Assembly: GCA_963783375.1 (NCBI GenBank)
Contig: CAWANH010000028.1
Location: 1,920,001-1,984,000, forward strand
Source: Candidatus Eiseniibacteriota bacterium
GTDB lineage: Bacteria; Eisenbacteria; RBG-16-71-46; JABDJR01
Direction of reading: 5' to 3'
Length of the DNA stretch: 64,000 nt
The notes under the pieces were generated by a model. The model was not told the DNA's origin, made no database searches, and worked only from the letters and a program-made list of their open reading frames with translations. This document shows positions 1 through 9,279 of the stretch, piece by piece (positions within the stretch are counted from its first letter, which is position 1; every line of letters begins with the position of its first letter). The position numbers and the translations under genes are program-made.

Positions 1-356
1 CGGATCGCGTCGAACTGGGTGGCCAGGTTGGCTCGCTCCGTCGCGTCCGCACTGCGGGCCGAGGAGATGAGACCCTTGGCCTGGTTCACCAGGGCGATGA
101 TGCCCTTCACGCCTTCGTCCGCCGTCTTCACGGTCTGGATGGCGTCGCCCATCGCGGTCTTGCGCGCCGACAGGTCGGAGGCCCGGCCGGTCAGGTTCTG
201 GGCGGTGAAGAATGCCTGCGGGTCGTCGATCGGGTTGTTGACCTTGCGACCGGTGGAGAGACGGACGTTGGTCCGGCTCATGAGGTCGGTCACCGACTGC
301 AGGTTCACCAGGTTCGAGCGAATCGCTGACGACAGGGTGATGTCGTTGAGAGCCAT
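1..356 (-). CDS. fliC: Flagellin, N-terminal part (runs off the left edge)
   Basis: Manual translation from ATG at 356: MALNDITLSSAIRSNLVNLQSVTDLMSRTNVRLSTGRKVNNPIDDPQAFFTAQNL..., with the flagellin N-terminal RLSTG.KVN...DD motif; AAAGGGGG RBS upstream. Not in the ORF track because it is open at the edge. Confidence 0.9.
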   Translation of the reverse strand, partial: MALNDITLSSAIRSNLVNLQSVTDLMSRTNVRLSTGRKVNNPIDDPQAFFTAQNLTGRASDLSARKTAMGDAIQTVKTADEGVKGIIALVNQAKGLISSARSADATERANLATQFDAI

Positions 357-434
357 GTGGGAAGTCCCCCTTTCTAGGGATGGATGCCTTCCCCGGCCTT
401 CTGCCGGGGCCCCGCCATTCGGCAGGCGCTCCAA

Positions 435-461
435 GTCTCGGAGGGGGGTCCGGGAACTTGA
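435..461 (-). promoter_or_regulatory. Putative sigma28 (FliA) promoter for flagellin
   Basis: Minus strand TCAA-N15-TCCGAGAC vs consensus TAAA-N15-GCCGATAA; near-identical element upstream of motA. Confidence 0.65.
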
Positions 462-570
462 GACCCCCGGCTCTCCGGTGCTTCGGGGTTGAATGGGAAT
501 GGAGCGTGGCAGGATCGGGCTTCCCGGCTTCTTTCTAAGTCATTGTGTTGTAATGAATTACAATTTGCAC

Positions 571-597
571 TAAAGGAACGGAAGGAATTTCCGATAA
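571..597 (+). promoter_or_regulatory. Putative sigma28 promoter for flgL
   Basis: TAAA-N15-TCCGATAA, one mismatch to consensus, about 70 bp upstream of the flgL ATG. Confidence 0.6.
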
Positions 598-637
598 CCG
601 CTCCGCAGGTTGAATTCAGCCACGGCAACTCTTGCCG
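579..637. promoter_or_regulatory. Two 15-bp palindromic boxes (putative enhancer/UAS)
   Basis: CGGAAG-GAA-TTTCCG (579-593) and CGGCAA-CTC-TTGCCG (623-637), 44 bp apart. Confidence 0.5.
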
Positions 638-668
638 GGGGGCTCGGTTCAGCCAGGGGGGGCACAGT

Positions 669-1532
669 ATGCGGATCACTGATCAGACCCTGTTTCGAAA
701 TGCGCTGGCCGGACTGACCGGAAACCTGGCCGCGCTCCGCCGGGCCGGCGACCAGGCGACCAGCGGGACCCGGCTCCAGCGACTTTCCGACGGACCGGAC
801 GAGGCCCGGACGGTCATGGGGCTTCGTTCCCGGCTCCGGAGCCTGGATCGCTACCGGGGAGCGGCGGCAGGGGCCGACGTCCGGCTCTCGGCCGAGGACG
901 CGGTGCTCGACTCCGTCGACCGGCTCCTGGGGCAGGCGAAGGATCTGGCCGCGACCGCGGCCAACGTCCCTGACGATGCCGTTCGCGCCACCGCGCTCCA
1001 GGAGATCCGCTTCATCCGCGACCAGGTCGTCTCCCTGGGGAACACCCAGGTCTCCGGCACCTACATCTTCTCCGGCGGAGCGGGGCAGGCCCCCGCCTTC
1101 AACCCGGACGGGTCCTACGCGGGGGATTCGAACGCCCCGGTTATGGATCTCTGGGGCGGATCCCAGGTGACGGTGAACCACACCGGGGATCAGGCCCTCT
1201 CCGGCGCGCTCGACGCCCTGGACGGTCTGGAGCGGAGCGCGGAGGCCGGGGACTCCGAGGGCCTCCAGACCTCCCTCAAGAGCCTGGACCACGCGGTCCG
1301 GGGCCTTCGCGCGGTTCGCGCCCAGACCGGGAGCCGCATGCGGTCGCTCGAGGAGTCCCTCCAGGCCATCAATACCCGGGACTCCGTCCTCAAGGACCAG
1401 GAGCAGGAGCTGGCGGGGGCCGACCCCACCGAGTCCCTGCTCAAGATGTCCGAGGCCAAGACCGCCCTGGACCGCGCCTACGAAGCCGTGTCCAAGGTCC
1501 TGAACACCAACCTTCTCCAGTTCCTGCGATGA
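669..1532 (+). CDS. flgL: Flagellar hook-associated protein 3
   Basis: MRITDQ start, ATSG.R..RLSD.P, GN....G.YIFSG motifs, C-terminal NLLQFLR; start reassigned from 489 to ATG 669. Confidence 0.85.
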   Translation: MRITDQTLFRNALAGLTGNLAALRRAGDQATSGTRLQRLSDGPDEARTVMGLRSRLRSLDRYRGAAAGADVRLSAEDAVLDSVDRLLGQAKDLAATAANVPDDAVRATALQEIRFIRDQVVSLGNTQVSGTYIFSGGAGQAPAFNPDGSYAGDSNAPVMDLWGGSQVTVNHTGDQALSGALDALDGLERSAEAGDSEGLQTSLKSLDHAVRGLRAVRAQTGSRMRSLEESLQAINTRDSVLKDQEQELAGADPTESLLKMSEAKTALDRAYEAVSKVLNTNLLQFLR

Positions 1533-2935
1533 CGGCCCGTGAACCGGTGGAATCCGGACCCGATGCCGCGCCCCCAAGGACAAACCGGAATTGCGATAGG
1601 GAGAGCCGTTTGATGCCCAGCATGCCTCGTCCCGACGGAGAGCTGAACGAATCCCGGCGGCCGGAAGTCACTCCCGGCCGGGCCGGACGGCACACGACCG
1701 GCCCGCTCGACGGAGCGATGAGAGCCGCCCTCGCCGTCTGCGACGGCGAGCCCTCGCAGGTTCCGGACGGGAATGCCGGGTTGGCCTACATCGTCGGTCG
1801 ATCGGATGGGCTCCGCCGCGTGGTCGACACGATCCGAAAGGTGGCCCCCACCGACGCCACCGTCCTGGTCCTGGGAGAGTCGGGAACCGGGAAGGAGCTG
1901 GTGGTACGGGCCATCCATGAGCTGAGCCCGCGGGCGGACGGGCCATTCGTGGCCATCAACTGCGCCGCGCTGCCCGAAAACCTCATCGAGAGCACCCTGT
2001 TCGGACACGAGCGGGGTGCGTTCACCGGGGCTCATTCCCGGTTCATCGGGGCATTCGAGCGCGCCCACGGCGGAACCCTGTTCCTGGACGAGATATCCGA
2101 GCTCCGCCTTGACCTTCAGGCCAAGCTCCTCCGGGCGATCCAGGAGAGGCAGTTCGAGCGGGTCGGAGGGGACCGCCCGGTCAGCATAGACGTCAGGGTG
2201 GTGGCGACCTCCAACCGCGATCTCGCCACGGAAGTGCGGGAGGGTCGTTTCCGCAAGGACCTCTACTACCGCCTCGGCGTGGTGCCGATCCAGCTTCCGC
2301 CGCTCCGGCAACGGCCCGAAGACATCCCCGCCCTGGTCAGCCATTTCGCCGATCGCTACGCGCGGGGCCTCGGAATCGCGGTGCCGGAGATCCCCGCCGG
2401 CGCCCTCAGCGCCCTCGTGGGCGCGCCCTGGCCCGGCAACGTCCGGGAACTCGAGCACGCGGTGGAACGGGCGCTCATTCTCTGCCCCGGCGGTCCCCTG
2501 GACCCCGAGGCCTTCTTCCTGGAGTCGATTCTGGAACCGGTCCGGGAGATCGAGGTGGGGACGGCAGGAGACGCCGACCCCCGGACCGACCCGCGCCCTG
2601 AACGCGAGGTCCCCGGTCCGGAGCTTCCGAGCCTCTGCCTCAAGGATCTGGAACAGCTCGCCATCGACGCCGCTCTTCGAACCACCGGCGGGAACCGCAC
2701 CCAGGCGGCCGGGCTCTTGGGCATCAGCGACCGCACCCTGAGGAACAAGCTCCGGGAGCGCCGCGAAGCGGCGGCGTCTTCGGACGCGGAGCGGATGGAC
2801 TTGCCGCCGGACGCGGAAGCTTCTTCCGCCGGCCCGGCCGCAGATTCCCGGCCGAGAAGCAAGACCGCGGTCATGCGGGTGTTCGCCCTCGCCGACGGAT
2901 CCGAGAACCTCTTTCCCCGCAACGCCTTCGCCTGA
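1529..2935 (+). CDS. Sigma54-dependent enhancer-binding protein (FleQ/FlrA-like) without receiver domain
   Basis: GESGTGKE Walker [21 protein letters not shown], Fis-type [24 protein letters not shown]; true start uncertain (1529, 1613 or 1718). Confidence 0.9.
   Translation: MTAREPVESGPDAAPPRTNRNCDRESRLMPSMPRPDGELNESRRPEVTPGRAGRHTTGPLDGAMRAALAVCDGEPSQVPDGNAGLAYIVGRSDGLRRVVDTIRKVAPTDATVLVLGESGTGKELVVRAIHELSPRADGPFVAINCAALPENLIESTLFGHERGAFTGAHSRFIGAFERAHGGTLFLDEISELRLDLQAKLLRAIQERQFERVGGDRPVSIDVRVVATSNRDLATEVREGRFRKDLYYRLGVVPIQLPPLRQRPEDIPALVSHFADRYARGLGIAVPEIPAGALSALVGAPWPGNVRELEHAVERALILCPGGPLDPEAFFLESILEPVREIEVGTAGDADPRTDPRPEREVPGPELPSLCLKDLEQLAIDAALRTTGGNRTQAAGLLGISDRTLRNKLRERREAAASSDAERMDLPPDAEASSAGPAADSRPRSKTAVMRVFALADGSENLFPRNAFA
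2792..2828. promoter_or_regulatory. Two palindromic boxes (putative UAS for flgB) inside the EBP 3' end
   Basis: CGGATG-GAC-TTGCCG (2792-2806) and CGGAAG-CTT-CTTCCG (2814-2828), 22 bp apart. Confidence 0.5.
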
Positions 2936-2966
2936 TTCCTCCCCGCGCCCGCGTTCCACCCGGTTT

Positions 2967-2983
2967 TGGGCACACCGCTTGCT
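2967..2983 (+). promoter_or_regulatory. Sigma54 -24/-12 promoter of the flgB operon
   Basis: GGCAC-ACCGC-TTGC, exact GG-N10-GC spacing. Confidence 0.8.
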
Positions 2984-3044
2984 TGAAGCCCAGTGGAACG
3001 AACCTGCGCCGTTCGTCACGAACGGAAGCGAAGGGGGAGAAACC

Positions 3045-3329
3045 ATGATCCGAGCGCTCTTCGGTTCATCCACGACACCGTACATCCTGCGCCGGGGCCT
3101 CGACGCCGCCATGGGCACCCATCGGGCCATCGCCCGCCGGGTGGCCGGGGAGGTTTCGGCCAGCGATCAGGCGACCGCGAACAACCCTGCGGGAGCCCCG
3201 GCCGATCCGTCGAACCTCGGCGACGACATGGCCGCGCTGGCCGACGTGCAGATGCGCTACGAGGCCGAGGCCCAGCTCCTCCACCTCGCCTATCAGAACC
3301 TCCGCATCTCGATCCGGACCAATGGCTGA
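3045..3329 (+). CDS. flgB: Flagellar basal-body rod protein FlgB (short, divergent)
   Basis: L..GLDAA...HRAIA N-terminus, DMAALAD.Q.RYEA C-terminus, position before flgC, GGGGAG RBS. Confidence 0.7.
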   Translation: MIRALFGSSTTPYILRRGLDAAMGTHRAIARRVAGEVSASDQATANNPAGAPADPSNLGDDMAALADVQMRYEAEAQLLHLAYQNLRISIRTNG

Positions 3330-3747
3330 TCCGGTGAACCCGGCGGCGGGGACCAAGGCGACGGAGCGGCTCATGCCGTCCCTGGCGGTGAGCGCCCGGG
3401 GCATGACCGTCCAGCAGAGCTTTCTCGAGATCATCGCCCGGAACATCGCCAACGCCGAGACCACCCGGCTTCCCGGCGGCGGGCCCTATCGCCGGCAGGT
3501 CGCCTCGGCGACCGGGAACCCGGCCACCGGCGCTCCCTCGCTCACGGTAGCCGAGGACTCCACTCCGGGACGCCTGGTCTACGACCCCGGTCATCCCGAC
3601 GCCAACGCGGAGGGGTTCGTGGAGTATCCCAACGTGGACACCCAGACCGAGCTCGTGGACCTCATGCTGGTCCGCCGGATGTACGAGGCCAACGCCACCG
3701 TGTTCCAGGCCGCCAAACGCATGCTCAAGCGGGCCATGGAGATCTGA
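3322..3747 (+). CDS. flgC: Flagellar basal-body rod protein FlgC
   Basis: IARNIANAETTR, YDPGHPDA, PNVD, YEAN motifs. Confidence 0.95.
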   Translation: MADPVNPAAGTKATERLMPSLAVSARGMTVQQSFLEIIARNIANAETTRLPGGGPYRRQVASATGNPATGAPSLTVAEDSTPGRLVYDPGHPDANAEGFVEYPNVDTQTELVDLMLVRRMYEANATVFQAAKRMLKRAMEI

Positions 3748-3748
3748 G

Positions 3749-4030
3749 GTGGAGATGAACCCCGCCTCGCCGCTTCCCTCCCGGCCGCCGCTCGCCCGCG
3801 GCGTCGAGCCGGCCCCGGCCTCCGGGGGCCGCGCCCCGGTCCGGCCGGTGGAGGAGCCGCCCGAGGCCCCGGCGACGGGGAACGCCGGCTTCCTGGACCT
3901 TCTCACTCCCGAGGAGCGGGAGTTCTTCGAACGACAGAGCGCGGTGGGTCCGCTGACCTACCGCCCGGATGGGAAGCCGGCCGAGCTTCCCCCCGTCCGC
4001 ACCGGTCAGCGCATCGACTTCAGGGGGTAG
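3749..4030 (+). CDS. Small Pro-rich hypothetical protein in the flagellar operon
   Basis: Tightly coupled between flgC and fliE; ends GQRIDFRG. Confidence 0.6.
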   Translation: MEMNPASPLPSRPPLARGVEPAPASGGRAPVRPVEEPPEAPATGNAGFLDLLTPEEREFFERQSAVGPLTYRPDGKPAELPPVRTGQRIDFRG

Positions 4031-4033
4031 ACG

Positions 4034-4336
4034 ATGGCCAATCCGATCCAGGGCGTCGTGGCCAAGCCGGTGTTCCGGCTCACGAACCCGGAGATCCCCA
4101 ATCCCACGGCCAAGGACGGCCCCTCGTTCGGCGACCTGTTCAAGCAGGCGATGAACGAAGCCTCCGGACTCCAGGAGGAGTCCCAGCAGATGATCGCCGC
4201 CTTCGTCAAGGGGGAGCCGGTGGAGCTTCACCAGGTGATGGCCGCGGCCCAGGAGGCGTCGCTCTCCGTCGAACTCCTGGTGGAGATCCGAAACAAGCTC
4301 ACCGAGGCCTACCGCTCGGTCATGAACATGCAGTAA
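4034..4336 (+). CDS. fliE: Flagellar hook-basal body protein FliE
   Basis: LHQVMAA.QEASLS...EIRNKL.EAY.SVMNMQ. Confidence 0.95.
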   Translation: MANPIQGVVAKPVFRLTNPEIPNPTAKDGPSFGDLFKQAMNEASGLQEESQQMIAAFVKGEPVELHQVMAAAQEASLSVELLVEIRNKLTEAYRSVMNMQ

Positions 4337-4351
4337 ACACGGGGGAGAATC

Positions 4352-5794
4352 TTGAGCGGTCTTTTCTCGGCTTGGAATCAGATCCTGGAACGCACCGGCG
4401 GGAATCGGCGCCTGGTCCTGGCCGGGGCCGCGGTGGTGGCCGTGGTCCTGGTGTGGGGCGTGGCCCACTGGGCGTCGGAGCCGGTCTACGTGACCCTCTA
4501 CAAGGATCTCGAGTTCGCGGACGTGGCCCGGATCGGGAAGATCCTAGACGACGCCGGCGTGCCCCACCGGCTGGGCCCGGAAGGGAAGGAGGTCCTGGTC
4601 CCGGTTTCCGAGGCCCCTCACGCCCGGGTCGCGGTCGCCGAGGACGGCCACCCGGTGGGAGGGCGTCCCGGGCTGGAACTCTTCGACAAGCCGTCCTGGG
4701 GCATGACCGATTTCGCCCAGCGAGTGACCTATCAGCGCGCCCTGGAAGGGGAGTTGGCCCGCACCATCCTGGCCATCCGGGGGATCGAACGGGCCCAGGT
4801 GCACCTGGCGCTCCCCGCGCCCAGCCTCCTCCGGGGGAGCGACCAGAACGCCCGGGCCTCGGTGGTGCTCACCCTCGACCCCGGAACCACGCTTGCCCCC
4901 GAAGCGGTGCAGGGAGTGGTGTACGTGGTGAGCAACAGCGTGGAGCAGCTTTCCCCGGAGAACGTGGCGGTGATGGACAACGGCGGCCGCCTGCTCTCGG
5001 TGCCCGCCTCCGCCGAGAGCCAGGGCGGCCACAGCGGCCGCCAGATGGAATTGCAGCGCTCGGTGGAGGAGGCGCTGGCGGCCAAGATCCAGAATCTCCT
5101 GGAGCCGATCCTGGGACCGGACCGGGTCCGGGCCCAGGTGACCGCCGAACTCAGCTTCGAGAAGGTCGACCGCACCATCGAGACCGTGGGGCCGGCGGCC
5201 GCCCTGGCCGGAACGGCGGCCGGCGCCGGCTCGACCGGAGCCGCGGCCGCGTCCCCCGACCAGACCAGCTCCCGCGAATACCAGCGACGCGAAGGCTCGG
5301 TGGGCGGGCTCACCCGTCTCACCGCGGCGGTCCTGGTGGACCAGGCGGCGCTCACCACCGGGGGAGAAGGCGGCGCCAAACCCGGGATCGACCTGGACAA
5401 GATCGAGGCCATGGTGGGCGACGCCATCGGGATCGACAAGGAGCGGGGAGATCGTCTGAGCGTGATGGCCGTCCCCTTCGAGGCCGCGGCGGTCCCCGCC
5501 GACCAAGGCGGGGTGGCCGCCTCGGGTTCGGGAGGCGTCAACCTGGTGAGCCTGGCCGAACGATCGGTCCGCCCCCTGGTGGGGCTCATCGCCGTGGTGA
5601 TGATCGGGCTCCTCGCCCTGAAGTCGCTGCGGCTTCCCGCCCCCGCCGTCCCCTCGGGGGCGCGGTCCGCCGGAACCCCTACCCTGGCCGCGCCGGAGCC
5701 CCGGCCCGGCGTGGAGCCGGCTCGTGAATCATCCACCGCCGCACCCGCGGAGCCCAATCTCCAGGTGGTTCGCGGTTGGTTGAACGAAGGCTGA
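4352..5794 (+). CDS. fliF: Flagellar MS-ring protein FliF
   Basis: GLELFDK..WGMTDF.Q.V.YQRALEGELARTI, A.VHLALP, ASVVL; two TM segments. Confidence 0.95.
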   Translation: MSGLFSAWNQILERTGGNRRLVLAGAAVVAVVLVWGVAHWASEPVYVTLYKDLEFADVARIGKILDDAGVPHRLGPEGKEVLVPVSEAPHARVAVAEDGHPVGGRPGLELFDKPSWGMTDFAQRVTYQRALEGELARTILAIRGIERAQVHLALPAPSLLRGSDQNARASVVLTLDPGTTLAPEAVQGVVYVVSNSVEQLSPENVAVMDNGGRLLSVPASAESQGGHSGRQMELQRSVEEALAAKIQNLLEPILGPDRVRAQVTAELSFEKVDRTIETVGPAAALAGTAAGAGSTGAAAASPDQTSSREYQRREGSVGGLTRLTAAVLVDQAALTTGGEGGAKPGIDLDKIEAMVGDAIGIDKERGDRLSVMAVPFEAAAVPADQGGVAASGSGGVNLVSLAERSVRPLVGLIAVVMIGLLALKSLRLPAPAVPSGARSAGTPTLAAPEPRPGVEPARESSTAAPAEPNLQVVRGWLNEG

Positions 5795-5807
5795 AAGGAA
5801 CCCCACG

Positions 5808-6827
5808 ATGACCGCCACCGCCACCCCATCCCCCGCCACCGGCGCCCAGAAGACGGCGATTCTCTGTCTGGCCATGGGGCCCGAGGACGGGTCCCGCATC
5901 CTGAAGCAGCTCAGCCCGGCCGAGCTGGAGTCGGTGGTACGGGAGATCGCGTCCATGCCCACCGTGGACGACGGGTTGGTGCGCAGCGTGCTCCAGGAAT
6001 ACAAGAAGGCGGCGGGAGCCGGTGACCACAGCGTGGCCGGCGGGTTCGACGCCGCCCGAAACCTCCTCGACGGCGTCGTCGGCCCGAAGGAGGCCGGCGC
6101 GGTGCTGGAGAGAGTCCGCGACCGGATGGCCGGGGAGAAGCTCACTCGGTTGGAGCGGCAGGAGCCCCGGGTCCTGGCCGGCATCCTCGCCGAGGAGCAC
6201 CCCCAGACCGCGGCGGTGACCCTGGCCCATTTCGATCTGAAGCGCGCCTCGAAGGTGCTCGACCTGCTCCCCGCGGATCTCGCCTCCGACGTGCTCCTCA
6301 GGATGGCGCGGCTCGACCGCATCGCTCCCGACCTCCTCACCCTGGTGGCCGAGGGGATCGAGGCCAAGGCGCGGGCGGCGACCCTGGACGAGACGACCAC
6401 CCCCGGCGACCCCGCTCGGGTGGCCCGGCTCCTGAACCTGACCGGTGGCGGACGGGACGAAGAGATCCTGGAGACGATGCGCCGGCACGACGACGACCTA
6501 GCCGGCCGGATCAAGGCCCTGATGTTCGTGTTCGAGGACCTCATCCTGGTCGAGGCGAAGGGGGTCCAGCGGATCCTCCGGGAGGTGGATCAGAAGGACC
6601 TGGCCCTGGCCCTCAAGGGGGCGAGCGAGGAGATCTCCAAGCACCTGATGTCGAACATGTCCGAGCGCGCGGCCGCCGCTCTCCGGGAGGAGATCGACCT
6701 CCTGGGGACGGTGCGGGTGAAGGACGTGGAGGAGGCCCAGGCGCGGATCCTGGAGGGGGTGCGGGAGCTGGAGACCGAGGGTGAAGTGGTGATCCGGCGG
6801 GCGGGAGACGGTGATGAATACGTCTAG
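5808..6827 (+). CDS. fliG: Flagellar motor switch protein FliG
   Basis: EHPQT, MFVFEDL, NMSERAA, DVEEAQ motifs. Confidence 0.95.
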   Translation: MTATATPSPATGAQKTAILCLAMGPEDGSRILKQLSPAELESVVREIASMPTVDDGLVRSVLQEYKKAAGAGDHSVAGGFDAARNLLDGVVGPKEAGAVLERVRDRMAGEKLTRLERQEPRVLAGILAEEHPQTAAVTLAHFDLKRASKVLDLLPADLASDVLLRMARLDRIAPDLLTLVAEGIEAKARAATLDETTTPGDPARVARLLNLTGGGRDEEILETMRRHDDDLAGRIKALMFVFEDLILVEAKGVQRILREVDQKDLALALKGASEEISKHLMSNMSERAAAALREEIDLLGTVRVKDVEEAQARILEGVRELETEGEVVIRRAGDGDEYV

Positions 6828-7485
6828 CGACGCCCTCGCCGCGTGGCGGCCTCCCTCCTTCGGGTTCGGACCGGACGATGCGGGCGGGGCGGATCCGACC
6901 GCGTCCGGCGCCCAAAGCCCCGCCCCGTGGGCGGTGCCCGAGCTGGGAACGACGCCGGAGCGCGACGAGGCCTCGGCCGGCGCCGCCGCGCCGCGGATCG
7001 ATCCCGACGAGGCCTTCGCCCGCGGATACGCCGAAGGAACGGCGGCGGGAGAGGCTCGAGGCCGGGAGGAGCTCATGGCCGCGGCCGAGTCCTTGCGGGG
7101 CGCGGCCCAGGCCCTGGTCTCCTCCCGGGGCCGCATTCTCCACGATCTGGAAGCGAACCTGAGCGCGCTGGCCATGGCCGCGGCGCGAAGAATCGTGCAG
7201 AAGGAAGTCGAAGCCGATCCCTCCCTGGTCCGCTCCCTGGTGGCGCGGGGGTTGGATCTGGTGAAGCCCGACACCACCGTCGAGGTGAAGCTCCACCCCG
7301 CGGATCTGGAGGCGGCGCGGGAGGGAATCCGGGCCCTGGCCGACGACCAGTCCCTGGACCTGAGCCTGACCCCCGATCCCGGGATCGCCCGCGGGGGCTT
7401 CGTCCTTCAGACCCCGAGCCGGATGGTGGACGGCCGCCTGGAAGAAGGTCTCCGCACCCTTTACGAACGGTTGGCATATGAGTGA
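6811..7485 (+). CDS. fliH: Flagellar assembly protein FliH
   Basis: GxxxG repeats (ARGYAEGTAAGEARG), LHPADL, RGG...T..VDGRL; precedes fliI. Confidence 0.85.
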   Translation: MMNTSSDALAAWRPPSFGFGPDDAGGADPTASGAQSPAPWAVPELGTTPERDEASAGAAAPRIDPDEAFARGYAEGTAAGEARGREELMAAAESLRGAAQALVSSRGRILHDLEANLSALAMAAARRIVQKEVEADPSLVRSLVARGLDLVKPDTTVEVKLHPADLEAAREGIRALADDQSLDLSLTPDPGIARGGFVLQTPSRMVDGRLEEGLRTLYERLAYE

Positions 7486-8833
7486 CCCCACGGTGACCAC
7501 CTGGTTGGATGAGGCCCTGGCCCGGATCGCCGACGCGCGGGTCATGAACGTGCGCGGCAAGGTGACCCGGGTGGTGGGACAGATCATCCAGGCCACCCCG
7601 CTTCCGGTGGCGGTGGGGGAGGTGTGCCGCATCGTCTCCGACGATCGCGCGGACATCCACGCCCAGGTGGTGGGTTTTCACGCCAACGGCATCCTGCTCA
7701 TGCCTCTGGGTGAGACCGGCGGGATCCTCAGCGGGACCACCGTCGTTCCCCTGGGGCGGGAGTTCTACGCCCAGGTCGGGGAAGGCCTGGTCGGACGGGT
7801 GCTCGACGGTCTCGGCCGTCCCATCGACGGCAAGGGTCCGATCGGGCGCACCGAACACCACGTGCTCTCCGGCCGCCGCCCCAATCCCCTGGAACGCGCC
7901 CGCATCCACGACCCGCTGGGGACCGGGGTGCGGGCCATCGACGGACTCCTCACCATCGGGACCGGGCAGCGGGTGGGGATCATGGCGGGAAGCGGGGTGG
8001 GAAAGAGCGTGCTCCTGGGCATGATCGCCCGGAACACCTCGGCCGACATCAACGTCATCGCGCTCCTGGGGGAGCGGGGGCGCGAGGTGCGCGAGTTCAT
8101 CGAGCGCGACCTCGGTCCCGAAGGGCTCAGCCGTTCGGTGGTGATCGCCGCCACCAGCGACGAGGCCGCCCTGGTTCGCGCCACCGGGGCACTCGTAGCC
8201 ACCACCATCGCCGAGTACTTCCGCGACACCGGGCGAAACGTCCTCATGATGATGGACTCCATCACCCGGGTGGCCATGGCCTGGCGCGAGGTGGGTCTGG
8301 CCGCCGGGGAGCCCCCCACCACCAAGGGCTATCCGCCCTCGGTGTTCGCGGCGCTCCCCAGGCTTCTCGAGCGCGCGGGCACCGCGCGGGAGGGGAGCAT
8401 CACCGGGCTCTACACCGTTCTGGTCGAGGGGGACGACTTCACCGAGCCGGTGGCCGACGCCGCCCGCTCCATTCTCGACGGGCACATCGTGCTCTCGCGC
8501 GCCCTGGCCAACGCCCGCCACTTCCCGGCGGTGGACGCGCTCCAGAGCGTGAGCCGGGTCCGGGACGACGTGATTTCCGGCGAGCACCGGGAGGCCGCCG
8601 ACCTGGTGCTCCGGCTGATCGCCACCTACCGCTCCCACGAGGACCTGATCGCGGTGGGCGCCTACAAGCAGGGGAGCGATCCCGACGTGGACGCGGCCAT
8701 TCACTTCCGCGAGCCTCTCCGCGCCTTCCTCTGCCAGGACGGGGCGGACCGCGGGGAACTCGGCGGGACGGTGGAGCGGATCCGGGCCCTGGCCGCCCGC
8801 ATCCGGGCCCATGGGAAAGGAACCGAGTCATGA
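7478..8833 (+). CDS. fliI: Flagellar export ATPase FliI
   Basis: AGSGVGKS, GERGREVREF, GEPPTTKGYPPS, ILDGHIVLSR. Confidence 0.97.
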   Translation: MSDPTVTTWLDEALARIADARVMNVRGKVTRVVGQIIQATPLPVAVGEVCRIVSDDRADIHAQVVGFHANGILLMPLGETGGILSGTTVVPLGREFYAQVGEGLVGRVLDGLGRPIDGKGPIGRTEHHVLSGRRPNPLERARIHDPLGTGVRAIDGLLTIGTGQRVGIMAGSGVGKSVLLGMIARNTSADINVIALLGERGREVREFIERDLGPEGLSRSVVIAATSDEAALVRATGALVATTIAEYFRDTGRNVLMMMDSITRVAMAWREVGLAAGEPPTTKGYPPSVFAALPRLLERAGTAREGSITGLYTVLVEGDDFTEPVADAARSILDGHIVLSRALANARHFPAVDALQSVSRVRDDVISGEHREAADLVLRLIATYRSHEDLIAVGAYKQGSDPDVDAAIHFREPLRAFLCQDGADRGELGGTVERIRALAARIRAHGKGTES

Positions 8834-9279
8834 GTTCGTTCGCGTTCCGGCTGGAGAAGATCCTGAGGCTCCGGTCCCTCGAGGAAACCGAGAAGGCGCG
8901 GGCCCTAGGGCAGGCGCTGGCCGAGGCCGAGGCCCTGCGCCGGGAGCGCGAGGAGGCCGACGCCCGGGTGGAGCGCTGTCGCAACCAGATGGGCGCCCGC
9001 GCGAGCGAACCGCGGGCGGCGGGACTACTCCACAACTTCCATCTCACGGTGGGGGCGGCCGAGGACGTGGCCCGCGAGGCCGAGGCGCGGCAGGAGGCCT
9101 CGGAGGAAGAGGTCGAGGACGCCCGCGAGGAATTCGGCGCCGCCCGCAAGGACCGGCGCGCCCTGGAAAACCTGGAAGATCGCGCACGGGGGGCCTGGAA
9201 GGTCGACCGCTCGCGCGACGAGCAGAAGGAATGCGACGGGGTCGCGCGCCAGCGCTGGCTCCTGGGAGGTGAATCATGA
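8830..9279 (+). CDS. fliJ: Flagellar export protein FliJ
   Basis: F.FRLEKILRLR N-terminus, coiled coil, EQKECD; follows fliI. Confidence 0.85.
   Translation: MSSFAFRLEKILRLRSLEETEKARALGQALAEAEALRREREEADARVERCRNQMGARASEPRAAGLLHNFHLTVGAAEDVAREAEARQEASEEEVEDAREEFGAARKDRRALENLEDRARGAWKVDRSRDEQKECDGVARQRWLLGGES

Noticed and set aside
19-492. 157-aa plus-strand ORF
   Set aside because: Antisense shadow of the flagellin gene.
395-525. Sigma54 promoter for flagellin
   Set aside because: Only weak or mis-spaced GG/GC matches; the sigma28-like site fits better.
1560-1620. c-di-GMP-I riboswitch before the EBP core
   Set aside because: Only a GGACAAACC fragment; the tetraloop and second stem are not present.
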